From positions 25,404 to 89,403 of the forward strand of contig NZ_CALMSV010000096.1 of the NCBI RefSeq assembly GCF_937872355.1: a DNA stretch of 64,000 bases, in the 5' to 3' direction. The DNA is from an uncultured Sphingorhabdus sp. Lineage in GTDB: Bacteria > Pseudomonadota > Alphaproteobacteria > Sphingomonadales > Sphingomonadaceae. The first letter of the stretch is position 1. Each line of letters starts with the position of its first letter. A program made the translations under genes and the position numbers. Of the stretch, positions 55,419 through 64,000 are shown in pieces. A model generated the notes under the pieces. It searched no databases and was not told where the DNA came from. It saw nothing but the letters and a program-made list of their open reading frames with translations.

Positions 55419-56482
55419 GCGAAATGCCCTGTGTACATTAGGTAACCGCTCACGAGGAAAACCCAGAAGAGTGAAATCGGCAGGAAGACCTTCCAGCCCA
55501 GACGCATCAGCTGGTCATAACGATAGCGCGGGACGGTGGCTTTTACCCAGGCGAAGATGAAGAAGAATATCCAGATCTTGGCGAACAGCCAGATGATTCC
55601 CGGCACATAGTAAAGCGGTGCCCAATCAACGGGCGGCAGATATCCGCCCCAGAACAACACCGCGTTCAGCGTGCACATCAGCAGCACATTGGCATATTCG
55701 CCGAGCCAATAGAGCGCGAAACTCATCGAGCTATATTCGGTCTGGTATCCGGCAACCAACTCGCTCTCCGCCTCGGTCAAGTCGAACGGCGCGCGTGCGG
55801 TTTCGGCCATTGCACTGATCAGGAACATGACCGCGATCGGGAAGAGGAGCGGGTTGAGGCCAAAGGCGTTCACAAAGCCCAGCACATGGCCTTTTTGCGC
55901 TTCAATGATGCCGAGCATGTTGAATGTACCAGCCCACAGCACGACACAAATCAGGATGAAACCGATCGAGACTTCGTACGAAATCATCTGCGCGGCGGCG
56001 CGCATCGCTGAGAAGAAGGGATATTTCGAGTTCGACGCCCAGCCCGCAATCACGACGCCATAGACGCCAAGGCTGCTGATCGCCAAAACATAGAGCAGAC
56101 CAACATTGATATCGGCGAGCACCGCGCCTGAATTGAAGGGGATCACCGCCCAGGCCATCAAGGCGACGGTGAAGGTGATGATCGGCGCAATCAGGAACAG
56201 CCCTCGGTTGGATGCCGAAGGTATGATCGTTTCCTGCAGGAAGACCTTCAGGCCGTCAGCAAAGGACTGCAGCACACCCCACGGCCCGACCACATTTGGC
56301 CCACGACGCAGCGCAAAAGCCGCCCAGAGCTTGCGCTCTGCATAGATGATCATCGCGACGCTGAGCATCAGCAACAGCGAAATCATGAGGATTCCCGCGA
56401 GCGTGGCGGTGAACCACGCCCATTCGTAAGACATGCCCCATGTCTGGAACCGTTCGGTCATGCCGAGATCAAACCAGCTCAT
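55415..56482 (-). CDS. nuoH: NADH-quinone oxidoreductase subunit H
   Basis: [28 protein letters not shown]; start 56482 (ATGA overlap) or 56461. Confidence 0.96.
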   Translation of the reverse strand: MSWFDLGMTERFQTWGMSYEWAWFTATLAGILMISLLLMLSVAMIIYAERKLWAAFALRRGPNVVGPWGVLQSFADGLKVFLQETIIPSASNRGLFLIAPIITFTVALMAWAVIPFNSGAVLADINVGLLYVLAISSLGVYGVVIAGWASNSKYPFFSAMRAAAQMISYEVSIGFILICVVLWAGTFNMLGIIEAQKGHVLGFVNAFGLNPLLFPIAVMFLISAMAETARAPFDLTEAESELVAGYQTEYSSMSFALYWLGEYANVLLMCTLNAVLFWGGYLPPVDWAPLYYVPGIIWLFAKIWIFFFIFAWVKATVPRYRYDQLMRLGWKVFLPISLFWVFLVSGYLMYTGHFA

Positions 56483-57456
56483 TCCGCAGCCTCCAGCCAT
56501 TGCTGCCCATGCACCAGTTCAGCCGAGCAGCGCTGCATCGTCGGTGATGCGCGGCAGATGCTGTTGGTGAGGTAGAAATCCTTGATCGGATAATCGGCGA
56601 TTTTGCCGGAGACCTTGGCGTCCAGCTTCGGCTCTGCCCAGCCATAGTCGGCCAAGCCTTCCTGACCGAGCGCAGGCACAACTTTCGCCATCGCAGCGCG
56701 CAGTTCATCGAGGCTGTCAAAGGGCAGACGCTTACCGAGCACATCCGAAAGTGCGCGGAAAATGGCCCAATCCTCACGCGCATCGCCCGGCGGGAAGACA
56801 GCACGTTCACCGAGTTGGACGCGGCCTTCGAGGTTCACCCAGGTGCCCGATTTCTCGCTATAGGCTGCACCCGGCAGCACGACATCGGCATTGGCCGCAC
56901 CATTATCGCCATGATGGCCGACATAGACTTTGAACGTCTTGGCAAAGAGGCTGTAATCAACCTCATCCGCGCCGAGGAAGAAGGCTAGCTTGGGCTTCTT
57001 CGCGGCCAGCGCCTTGATGCCGCCGTCAAACGCATAGCCGAGCATCAGCCCGCCCATGCGCGCAGCAGCGAAATGGAGCACGTTGAAGCCATTCCAACCG
57101 TCTTTGACCAGCTTGTACTTCTTGGCAAAGGCCAGCGCTGCGCCGTGGACGCCTTCATAGCGCAGCGCGCCACCACCGACGATAATCGCGGGGCGTTCGG
57201 CGGTCTTCAGCGCATCGGCCAGTGCCTTGGGAGCTTTGGTCAGCGCGCCGAGATCGTCACCCAGCCATTCAACCTTATAGGTCAGGTCGGTTTCAGGGCC
57301 AATGGCGAAAACCTTTGCGCCCTTTTTACGAACGGCCTTCTGGATGCGGGTGTTTACCAGCGGCGCTTCGCGGCGAAGGTCGCTACCCACGAGCAGGATC
57401 ACATCGGCATTTTCGATGCCCGCGATGGTGGTATTGAAATTGACCGCCGACAGCGA
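56479..57456 (-). CDS. nuoG: NADH-quinone oxidoreductase subunit G, C-terminal fragment only
   Basis: [56 protein letters not shown]; N-terminal Fe-S domains absent. Confidence 0.9.
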   Translation of the reverse strand, partial: SLSAVNFNTTIAGIENADVILLVGSDLRREAPLVNTRIQKAVRKKGAKVFAIGPETDLTYKVEWLGDDLGALTKAPKALADALKTAERPAIIVGGGALRYEGVHGAALAFAKKYKLVKDGWNGFNVLHFAAARMGGLMLGYAFDGGIKALAAKKPKLAFFLGADEVDYSLFAKTFKVYVGHHGDNGAANADVVLPGAAYSEKSGTWVNLEGRVQLGERAVFPPGDAREDWAIFRALSDVLGKRLPFDSLDELRAAMAKVVPALGQEGLADYGWAEPKLDAKVSGKIADYPIKDFYLTNSICRASPTMQRCSAELVHGQQWLEAAE

Positions 57457-58008
57457 AGAATTTACGAAACCTACGCCTTTCACACTTAACGCGGCCTCAT
57501 TGATCTTTAGCAATATCGCCGTCTTTTCGTCTACGGGAACGTCGAACGGGTCTTTCTCAAACGAGCTTTTCCAACTCGCCGTGACCTTTGGTGTCGGAAC
57601 CAACTCGATCTTTTTTCGTGTGATCGCCGAATTGGCTTTGGCAATAGCAGCCGCCTCTGCCGTCACTCGCTTGACCTCGTCGATCGTTACGATCGGACTT
57701 GCCGCAAAGCCCCAAGTGCCGTTGATCAATACACGTACGCCAAAGCCGAAATTCTGGCCGCTCGACACGTTTTGAACCTGCCGTTCGCGTGTGGAAACGT
57801 TCTCAATACGATATCGATTTATCCGAATATCGGCGTACGATGCTCCGAGCTTCTTTGCCGTAGCAAGTGCGGCATCTGCCATCGCATCTTTGTTGGCGTC
57901 AAGATAAATACTTGCTGCAGCCTGTGCCTCATAGGCCCAACTCGGCAGCGTCAGGGCACCGAACGTAAGTCCGGCGGTTTTGATGAAATCACGTCGAGAA
58001 AAGGACAT
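57457..58008 (-). CDS. TldD/PmbA family protein, N-terminal fragment with Tat signal
   Basis: SRRDFIK Tat motif, GASYADIRI, FGVRVLINGTWGFA, DPFDVP; C-terminal catalytic region absent. Confidence 0.8.
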
Positions 58009-58146
58009 TATTCCCCTCACTTTGAATTGAATAGATTAGTAACTCGGAACGCTTCCAAGTTTATGGCAGGGCAAATAGCAAAGTCAAGAATTGCAGGCCG
58101 AACGGCACCCCGGTCTTGCCGGAATGCCGTTCGGCGACACCGAAAC

Positions 58147-58962
58147 TCAATCGCAGCTGGCATCACTAAATATCGGCAGCGATGCGAAGAGCGATTGATA
58201 TTGACGTGCGTTTCCGGCAACGTTCCGTTTGACTCGCCGAATCACGTCGCATCGATATGGTTCGCCGGACAGTTTTTCGGCAAGGAACTGTAGTGCGATC
58301 GTTTCGCTCTTGTATTCGCGATGTTCCCATATCTCAGTAGGCGTTCCGCCCATTTTGGCAGCTAGGTCGACTAGCTTATTGTCCTTCGTGTTCCAGCCAT
58401 TTTTGAGAAAAATACTGCTGTATTGCGGCACTAACTTGTCCTGTAGGCGCAATAGCTCGCCGCTTTCCCGCAGTATTTGATCAACATGTCCAAGCTCGTG
58501 CGAGAATTTCGTTACGGCCAGCAATCGGCCGTTGTGAGTTGTTGCGGTTTCCGTCGCGGCTAATGATTCGAGCACAGGGTAATAGTACGAATTCGGATAA
58601 CCCCGATCGATGTCGCCGCCGAGAGTGACGGTGGCACCGACCAGTTCGCCCGCATCATTGAATTCAAGATCGCCTGTCCCGGCACCTTTGTCACGCTTAC
58701 CCGTAACTTCGATCTTCAGCACAAATGCCTTGTTCGTTTCGAACTGCGACCATTGGGCTTTGCCGAATTCGGTCGAGAGTAGTTCGGCCTTCCACAAATC
58801 GAACTTTGCTCGATACTTGGTAGGTACATCTTCGCGAATTCCGCCATCAGTTGGCGTAGCGACATTCCTACGAATTCTCATATTCGCATCACAAAACTCG
58901 CCCGCAATAACGCTGCTGCAAAACGCAACGATCACGAAAGAGAAAACGACAAATCGGCTCAT
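58147..58962 (-). CDS. Secreted hypothetical protein with HExxH zinc-metallopeptidase motif
   Basis: Signal peptide MSRFVVFSFVIVAFCSSVIA; FSHELGHVDQ; start trimmed to ATG 58962. Confidence 0.65.
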   Translation of the reverse strand: MSRFVVFSFVIVAFCSSVIAGEFCDANMRIRRNVATPTDGGIREDVPTKYRAKFDLWKAELLSTEFGKAQWSQFETNKAFVLKIEVTGKRDKGAGTGDLEFNDAGELVGATVTLGGDIDRGYPNSYYYPVLESLAATETATTHNGRLLAVTKFSHELGHVDQILRESGELLRLQDKLVPQYSSIFLKNGWNTKDNKLVDLAAKMGGTPTEIWEHREYKSETIALQFLAEKLSGEPYRCDVIRRVKRNVAGNARQYQSLFASLPIFSDASCD

Positions 58963-59049
58963 ATGCACTTCACCTCGCCCGTCGAAATTTTGACCAATAT
59001 TGATTGTTGGCGAGTAGCGTAGCACAAAACTTGAAATTTCAGCAAAAGA

Positions 59050-59081
59050 AAACGGCTCAAGCGTAAATGCTTGAGCCGTTT
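59050..59081 (-). terminator. Intrinsic terminator downstream of LVIVD gene
   Basis: Perfect 13-bp stem AAACGGCTCAAGC/GCTTGAGCCGTTT with 6-nt loop, followed by TCTTTT on minus strand. Confidence 0.85.
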
Positions 59082-59102
59082 GATCGATAGAAGTCGATCT
59101 GC

Positions 59103-61016
59103 TTAGTTTCGAAAGATCTCAGCGATCGAGCGAAGTTTTGCCGCAGACGCTGCGTCCTTTGCTGTTTCGGCGAGAGTGTTTATGTGGTCAACCATCGACT
59201 TGAGTTCGGATGCTTTCGACTTGTCTGTTTCAGCCGCTTGGATCGCGTCGCGAAGCTTTGTGATCTCAGTTGGATAGACGACTTTTGCACGTTCGAGCTG
59301 GTCAATGTACGCTTTTGCAACGACAAGCGTTTTCGGGGCAACGGTGCGATGTTGACTTTGAACGTTCAAGACCGATTCGCGAACTGATTTTGCCGCGTCG
59401 ATCTCGTTCTGCGACAAAAATCGCGTCGGCGTCAGTTCGAAAACGTCGAGTCCGCGTGCGATCTCGGACGAATAGATGTTGCCGTTATACCAATATGCTG
59501 ACCACGAACCTGCGAGCAGCAGCATATTTGCATCGACTGGTCCGCGATCAAAAGCCGCGATCTCCATCGGGTTTGCCGGATCGGTGAAATCCATGATCGA
59601 AATGCCGCCCTGGTACCAAGCCTGAACCTTGATGTCGCGTCCGGGAACGGGAACTAGCGAGCCGTTGTGAGCCACGCAATTCTCGGTATCGCCCTGAGCC
59701 GCAGGCAATTTGTAGTAGTTGGCAAACTTTAGCTTTCCGCCTTCGAGGTTAAAGATAGCGTTCGCTCCCCAAACTGTCGGATCGGTCGCTCGGCATCGTG
59801 CTCCCATGCCGCCACCCCATTCGTCGGTGAAAACTACTTTCTTTCCGTCATTAGAGAATGAGGCTGAGTGCCAGTAGGCATAGTTCTTATCGTTTACAGC
59901 GTCGAGCCGTTTTGGATTCGCGGGGTCTTTGATATCGAGCAAGATACCGTTGCCCGAGCAGGCACCTGCCGCGAGGCCGAGTTCCGAATAAACTGTAATA
60001 TCGTGACATTGATCGGTCTCTTCCGGACGTCCCTTGTTCGCGTGCGAACCGCCGTCGTTCAGAGCATTGATCTTTTCACCATCGCCAAAAATTCGCGGAC
60101 TGGCAATGATCTTTGCATCCTGCGGCGCAGAAACCGGCACCTTAATAATGTCGATCCTAAATCTCGCCGTGTCGGGCGTTTTCGAAGGATCTCCATCAGT
60201 ACAGCCTGCGAGTTCCTCGCTTTGACGAACAAACGACGTTCCCGAAATGTAAATATACACGTTCTTTTTATCGTTGGGATCTTCGACAAGCGTATGCGTG
60301 TGCGAGCCTCGGCACGACTGAACTGCTGCGACCTGTTTCGGATTCTTGATATCCGAGATATCGAAGATACGAACTCCACGGAATCGATCTTTCTGCGCCG
60401 CAGGCAATCCGGGAGCTGTTTGTGCCGGAAACGCCTGCGTGCCGCAATCAATTCGGCCGTTCTGCATCTCAACCGACATAAACATCAGGTTTTTGTAAAC
60501 AGAAACGTCACCTTGTCCGCCGGGGCAGAGCATTGATGTAACAAGCTGCGCCTTTGCAGGATCCGCGATGTTGTAAATGTTGATGCCGTAGAAATTACCC
60601 AAGAAGAGATAATTGCCTTGGAAAGCAAGATCGGAATTTGCGAGTGCAAGTCCCGCGATCGGCATCTTCATCGCCGGCGGTATCGGTGCGTTTTCCGGAA
60701 TTCCCATTGCGAAAAGTGCTTTTGCAACTCGCGGATCGTTTGGATCGACGCCAAGATCGAATGCGGCAGGTTTGCGATAAAGATTGATATGTTTGATACC
60801 GAACGAGAACTCGGCTGCGTCATATGCTCCTGCACTGAGGCCGAAACGCGGGTCGCCGGCGTTCGAACCTTTCATGCCCTCCGGCAACGGCGGAGCCTTT
60901 TCAGGTGCGAATGGGTTGCCGCCTTCCTGAGCGACAACAGAGCCGCAAAATGCTGCAATTACAAATGCAAACGTTGCCACTATCGACGTGGTCGAAATTC
61001 TTGTTGATTTCATCAT
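59103..61016 (-). CDS. Secreted LVIVD-repeat beta-propeller protein
   Basis: Signal peptide; repeats GINIYNIADPA, GVRIFDISDIKNP, GILLDIKDPANP, GISIMDFTDPANP. Confidence 0.85.
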   Translation of the reverse strand: MMKSTRISTTSIVATFAFVIAAFCGSVVAQEGGNPFAPEKAPPLPEGMKGSNAGDPRFGLSAGAYDAAEFSFGIKHINLYRKPAAFDLGVDPNDPRVAKALFAMGIPENAPIPPAMKMPIAGLALANSDLAFQGNYLFLGNFYGINIYNIADPAKAQLVTSMLCPGGQGDVSVYKNLMFMSVEMQNGRIDCGTQAFPAQTAPGLPAAQKDRFRGVRIFDISDIKNPKQVAAVQSCRGSHTHTLVEDPNDKKNVYIYISGTSFVRQSEELAGCTDGDPSKTPDTARFRIDIIKVPVSAPQDAKIIASPRIFGDGEKINALNDGGSHANKGRPEETDQCHDITVYSELGLAAGACSGNGILLDIKDPANPKRLDAVNDKNYAYWHSASFSNDGKKVVFTDEWGGGMGARCRATDPTVWGANAIFNLEGGKLKFANYYKLPAAQGDTENCVAHNGSLVPVPGRDIKVQAWYQGGISIMDFTDPANPMEIAAFDRGPVDANMLLLAGSWSAYWYNGNIYSSEIARGLDVFELTPTRFLSQNEIDAAKSVRESVLNVQSQHRTVAPKTLVVAKAYIDQLERAKVVYPTEITKLRDAIQAAETDKSKASELKSMVDHINTLAETAKDAASAAKLRSIAEIFRN

Positions 61017-61021
61017 CTTAT

Positions 61022-61648
61022 CTACTTGAGCGATCCAAGCATTTTCTCCATTATATTGATCTCTGCTTTCTGTCCCGTATCGACATCAGTCGCAAAATTG
61101 AATAGTTCTGCATCTTGCCCCGCACCGGCCGTGTTAAATAGGTCATCGACCATATCGAGTGCACCTTTATGGTGTTGTATCATGCCTTCGAGAAACAGGC
61201 GGTCGAATTCGGCACCTTTTGCTTTTGATAGTGCCGTCATTTGCTTTTTCGATAACATTCCCGGCATCAACATATTGCTGCCATGCCCCGAATGGTCCAT
61301 CTCGGTTTTCTCGCCGCGAAGGCCGAGCCAACGCCGCATAAAGTTCATCTCGTCCGATTGCGATTGCCTAATTCGCGCACCAAGGAGTGTTATCTCTTTG
61401 TTCTGAGTTCGGAACTCGATCAGTTCGACCATTTCAACTGCCTGACCATGGTGCATTATCATGCCCTGCATGAAATCGACATCTTTGGCCGAAACGGCAG
61501 GAATGATCGGTTTCGTGTCCGCAGGCAATACTTTCGTCGCCTGTCCGGGAGCTCCGGGCTGAACGACAACGGCTTGTGCGCAGCAGATACCGCTGAACGC
61601 CAGCACAAACGACGCTAGCCAAATTTTAGACACACTAATACCGAGCAT
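61022..61648 (-). CDS. Secreted DUF305 (ferritin-like, CopM-like) protein
   Basis: FMQGMIMHHGQAVEM and FLEGMIQHHKGALDM repeats; MDHSGHGSNMLMPGM linker. Confidence 0.88.
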   Translation of the reverse strand: MLGISVSKIWLASFVLAFSGICCAQAVVVQPGAPGQATKVLPADTKPIIPAVSAKDVDFMQGMIMHHGQAVEMVELIEFRTQNKEITLLGARIRQSQSDEMNFMRRWLGLRGEKTEMDHSGHGSNMLMPGMLSKKQMTALSKAKGAEFDRLFLEGMIQHHKGALDMVDDLFNTAGAGQDAELFNFATDVDTGQKAEINIMEKMLGSLK

Positions 61649-61713
61649 TGTGATTTAACTTTACCACATTGCTTACGACAGGTTATTGCCAAAAGTTTTG
61701 GAAAATTGAGGTT

Positions 61714-61788
<75 letters not shown>

Positions 61789-61793
61789 GGGCG

Positions 61794-61873
61794 TAAAGGA
61801 TAAAGGAGAAAGGAACAAAGAAAAAGTAAAGCAAAAAACTTTATCCTTTCTCCATCTTCCTTTCTCCTTTAGG
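61794..61873. repeat. Inverted heptamer tandem repeats in tRNA spacer
   Basis: TAAAGGA-TAAAGGA-GAAAGGA... facing CTTTATC-CTTTCTC-CATCTTC-CTTTCTC-CTTTAGG. Confidence 0.7.
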
Positions 61874-61876
61874 ATC

Positions 61877-61951
61877 TGGAGCGGGAGACGAGGGTCGAAC
61901 TCGCGACTTCGACCTTGGCAAGGTCGCGCTCTACCACTGAGCTACTCCCGC
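61877..61951 (-). tRNA. tRNA-Gly(GCC)
   Basis: GCGGGAG acceptor stem, TT-GCC-AA anticodon loop, GTTCGA T-loop, encoded CCA. Confidence 0.97.
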
Positions 61952-61966
61952 TTGTGGCAAACCATA

Positions 61967-61994
61967 ATTCTACCGTCTGACAAGAAATTGTCAA
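61967..61994 (-). promoter_or_regulatory. Sigma70 promoter of tRNA-Gly/Cys operon
   Basis: TTGACA (61994-61989), 16 nt, TAGAAT (61972-61967). Confidence 0.8.
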
Positions 61995-62004
61995 GGCGAC
62001 CAAA

Positions 62005-63633
62005 CTACTGTGAGGTAATATTCTTCAAGAAACTCCAATCACCGCTCGCATTGATCTTAATATCGCCGATGCGCTTGTTTGCAACAATAATGTTTGCAGG
62101 ATACCAGAGTGGAAGCAGCGGCAACTCTTCGCTTGCGATGGTCCAGGCTTTGCCGTAAAGTTCCTTGGCTTTAGCCTTATCGGTCGAGTTTTCAGCATCA
62201 AGTACGGCTTTATCAAGTTCCGCATTTGTATAGCGGCTGCGGTTGCAGCAGGAAACTGTTCCGCCGGGGATCTTTGTCGAGCTGAATAGATCTCGCAAGA
62301 AGATCGGATCTTGATTGCCGCCGATCCAGACACCTGTGTACATCTGAAAATTGCCTTGTGCAAGGTGCGTTCTGATGGTGTTTACCTCAAACGTTTCGAT
62401 CTGAACATTCAAGCCAACGTCATTCATCGCACTCTGCAGAACCTGCGAATACTGGCTAACGGCCTGTAATCCGGATCCGAACTTGAACACGATCGGCTCG
62501 CCCTTATAACCGGCCTCCTGGAGCAACTGCTTCGCTTTCGCAGGATCGTAAGAATACTTCGTACCTTGCGAGTATGCCCAAGAGTTTGGCGGCAGAATCG
62601 AATCCGCGACCTTTGCCTGATCGAAAAGTAATTCGCTGACGATCTTCTCTCGGTTTATAGCATAGCCAATGGCCTGGCGAACTTTTACGTTATTAAGCGG
62701 TGCAGATTGCGTGTTGAAAACAAGATACTGAATGTTCGAACCATCAGACTGCTCGACCTTTAAGCTCGCGTTCGAAGCTAGCGACTTCAAAGTATCCGGC
62801 GAGATATTATTCGGATTCGGAGCGATATCTACGCCGCCGGTCGAGAGTTCGGCCTGAAGTGAATTTGCGTCTGTGATCGTCTTCAGTCGGAGCTTGGCAA
62901 CTTTCGGTACGCCTTCCCAATACTCCTGATTTGCAGCGAGTTCGACAATGCTTTGCGCAGCGTCAAGACTCACAAACTTAAACGGTCCGGTCCCGATCGG
63001 TGCATCTTTCTGACGAGGAGCCGATCCCGTTGCGATGATCGGAACGGCCACAAGATTTGACAACAACTGATTACGCAATGCCGGCCGAGCAACCGTAAAC
63101 ACTACTGTTTTGGCGTCCGGAGTCTCGATCGAAGAAATATGAGCGATACGCTTCATCTTCTTCTCTTCGGCAGGCTTAGCCGCTGCGGGCGAAGTTGCCG
63201 GGGCTGCCGCCGGTTTCGTAGCCGGGGCCGAATCATCGGGAACCGAATCAAAAAACGCTCCGGCCTTGTAGCCATTCGAAGCAAACAACTGCTCAAAAGT
63301 ATATTTCACATCCGCTGACGTGAAATCCTGACCATTGTGGAACTTCACGTTGTCTTGCAGCACGAACGTTATGACCTTGCCGTCCTCTGACGTTTTGATC
63401 TCTTTCGCCAATTCACCAATGTACTCGAACTTCTCATCCTTTTTGACCAGCGAGTTGAACATCAGGTTCTTAACACGTTCGGCGGCAGCGTCCGAGGACA
63501 TGGTCGTCACAGTGTCAAAGGTCTGGAATTTCTCCGGAAGTGCGACGGTCACCGCATCCGAATTTCGGCGGCGGCACGTCGATGCCGTGGCAAAGAATGA
63601 GAGAACAAGAGAAAGTAAGATCAGTTTACGCAA
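62005..63633 (-). CDS. ABC transporter substrate-binding protein, family 5 (peptide/nickel, DppA/OppA-like)
   Basis: KFHNGQDFTSADVKYTF, IGTGPFKF, VRQAIGYAINRE; TTG start with GGAGG SD. Confidence 0.9.
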   Translation of the reverse strand: MRKLILLSLVLSFFATASTCRRRNSDAVTVALPEKFQTFDTVTTMSSDAAAERVKNLMFNSLVKKDEKFEYIGELAKEIKTSEDGKVITFVLQDNVKFHNGQDFTSADVKYTFEQLFASNGYKAGAFFDSVPDDSAPATKPAAAPATSPAAAKPAEEKKMKRIAHISSIETPDAKTVVFTVARPALRNQLLSNLVAVPIIATGSAPRQKDAPIGTGPFKFVSLDAAQSIVELAANQEYWEGVPKVAKLRLKTITDANSLQAELSTGGVDIAPNPNNISPDTLKSLASNASLKVEQSDGSNIQYLVFNTQSAPLNNVKVRQAIGYAINREKIVSELLFDQAKVADSILPPNSWAYSQGTKYSYDPAKAKQLLQEAGYKGEPIVFKFGSGLQAVSQYSQVLQSAMNDVGLNVQIETFEVNTIRTHLAQGNFQMYTGVWIGGNQDPIFLRDLFSSTKIPGGTVSCCNRSRYTNAELDKAVLDAENSTDKAKAKELYGKAWTIASEELPLLPLWYPANIIVANKRIGDIKINASGDWSFLKNITSQ

Positions 63634-63648
63634 ATCAGTAACGCCTCC

Positions 63649-64000
63649 TCAGCGATTCAAATGTTGGTTAAATTCTGCAATTTCGTCAGACAGTTCGGCA
63701 AGCCGCTCTGCGTTAAATTCGAGTGGCGGCGAAAGACGTTGCCTGCCGCGTTCGATACGAGCGACGGCTTCGTCAACACGTTCCATCGCGATCTCGCCGC
63801 GTTCGACGGCACCGATCACAGCGTCGCGTCCCTCGATAATATTGTCACGACCAGCACAGATCGCGAGCATGTCTTCGCCCGCATTTACGGCCTTAACACA
63901 TGCTTTGCCGATGCCGTAATTCTTCAGGATCGCGCCCATTTCTAGGTCATCGGTGATTGAGATGCCTTCGTAATTGAATTCGTCTCTAAGCAATTCGGTC
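63649..64000 (-). CDS. nagZ: Beta-N-acetylhexosaminidase (GH3, NagZ-like), C-terminal part; runs off the window
   Basis: LRDEFNYEGISITDDLEMGAI nucleophile motif, AGEDMLAIC, RVDEAVARI. Confidence 0.75.
   Translation of the reverse strand, partial: TELLRDEFNYEGISITDDLEMGAILKNYGIGKACVKAVNAGEDMLAICAGRDNIIEGRDAVIGAVERGEIAMERVDEAVARIERGRQRLSPPLEFNAERLAELSDEIAEFNQHLNR

Noticed and set aside
49584-55445. Long antisense ORFs over the nuo genes (e.g. 49584-50375, 52768-53631, 54354-55445)
   Set aside because: Shadow ORFs produced by GC-rich codon bias of genuine genes; no motifs or RBS
56479-58020. Novel Tat-exported TldD-NuoG fusion protein (513 aa)
   Set aside because: Both halves lack essential domains, composition and gene content switch at the junction, and the rest of the nuo operon is missing; a misassembly is far more parsimonious

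Overview
The window appears to be two unrelated genomes joined at about 57,455. Positions 1 to ~57,455 are a gene-dense Alphaproteobacteria chromosome segment with Sphingomonadaceae-type gene order (taxonomy inferred, not searched). It carries ilvD, ispE, ETF-QO, slt, moaB, dnaE, lolCD, ibpA, pyrG, secG, tpiA, ppiD, trpEGDC, moaC, moeA, lexA, comEC, gltA, rnj, coaX, birA and nuoG-N. Positions ~57,456-64,000 are more AT-rich with unrelated content: Tat-signal TldD, an HExxH protein, LVIVD + DUF305, tRNA-Gly/Cys, a family-5 solute-binding protein and NagZ. This is possibly Acidobacteriota/Blastocatellia. The 513-aa 'TldD-NuoG' ORF across the junction is most likely an assembly chimera. The best candidate for an undescribed system is 39,177-45,509: a PleC/DivJ-like kinase with Asn at the phospho-His position, an Hpt-like protein with Phe at the phospho-His position, a DUF2336-like protein, a degenerate nucleotidyltransferase-like membrane protein and a TipN-like coiled-coil protein. 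These come with a perfect CtrA box and a perfect DnaA box, suggesting a phosphorylation-independent cell-cycle/polarity module. Also found: LexA boxes at lexA and at a PA0069-family radical SAM gene, an RpoH promoter with a ROSE-like thermometer at ibpA, a CGTC-type REP doublet, a low-GC gene splitting the trp operon, and a catalytically degenerate UDG. No CRISPR array, prophage, integrase or transposase was seen. All family assignments come from motif recognition, not database searches.
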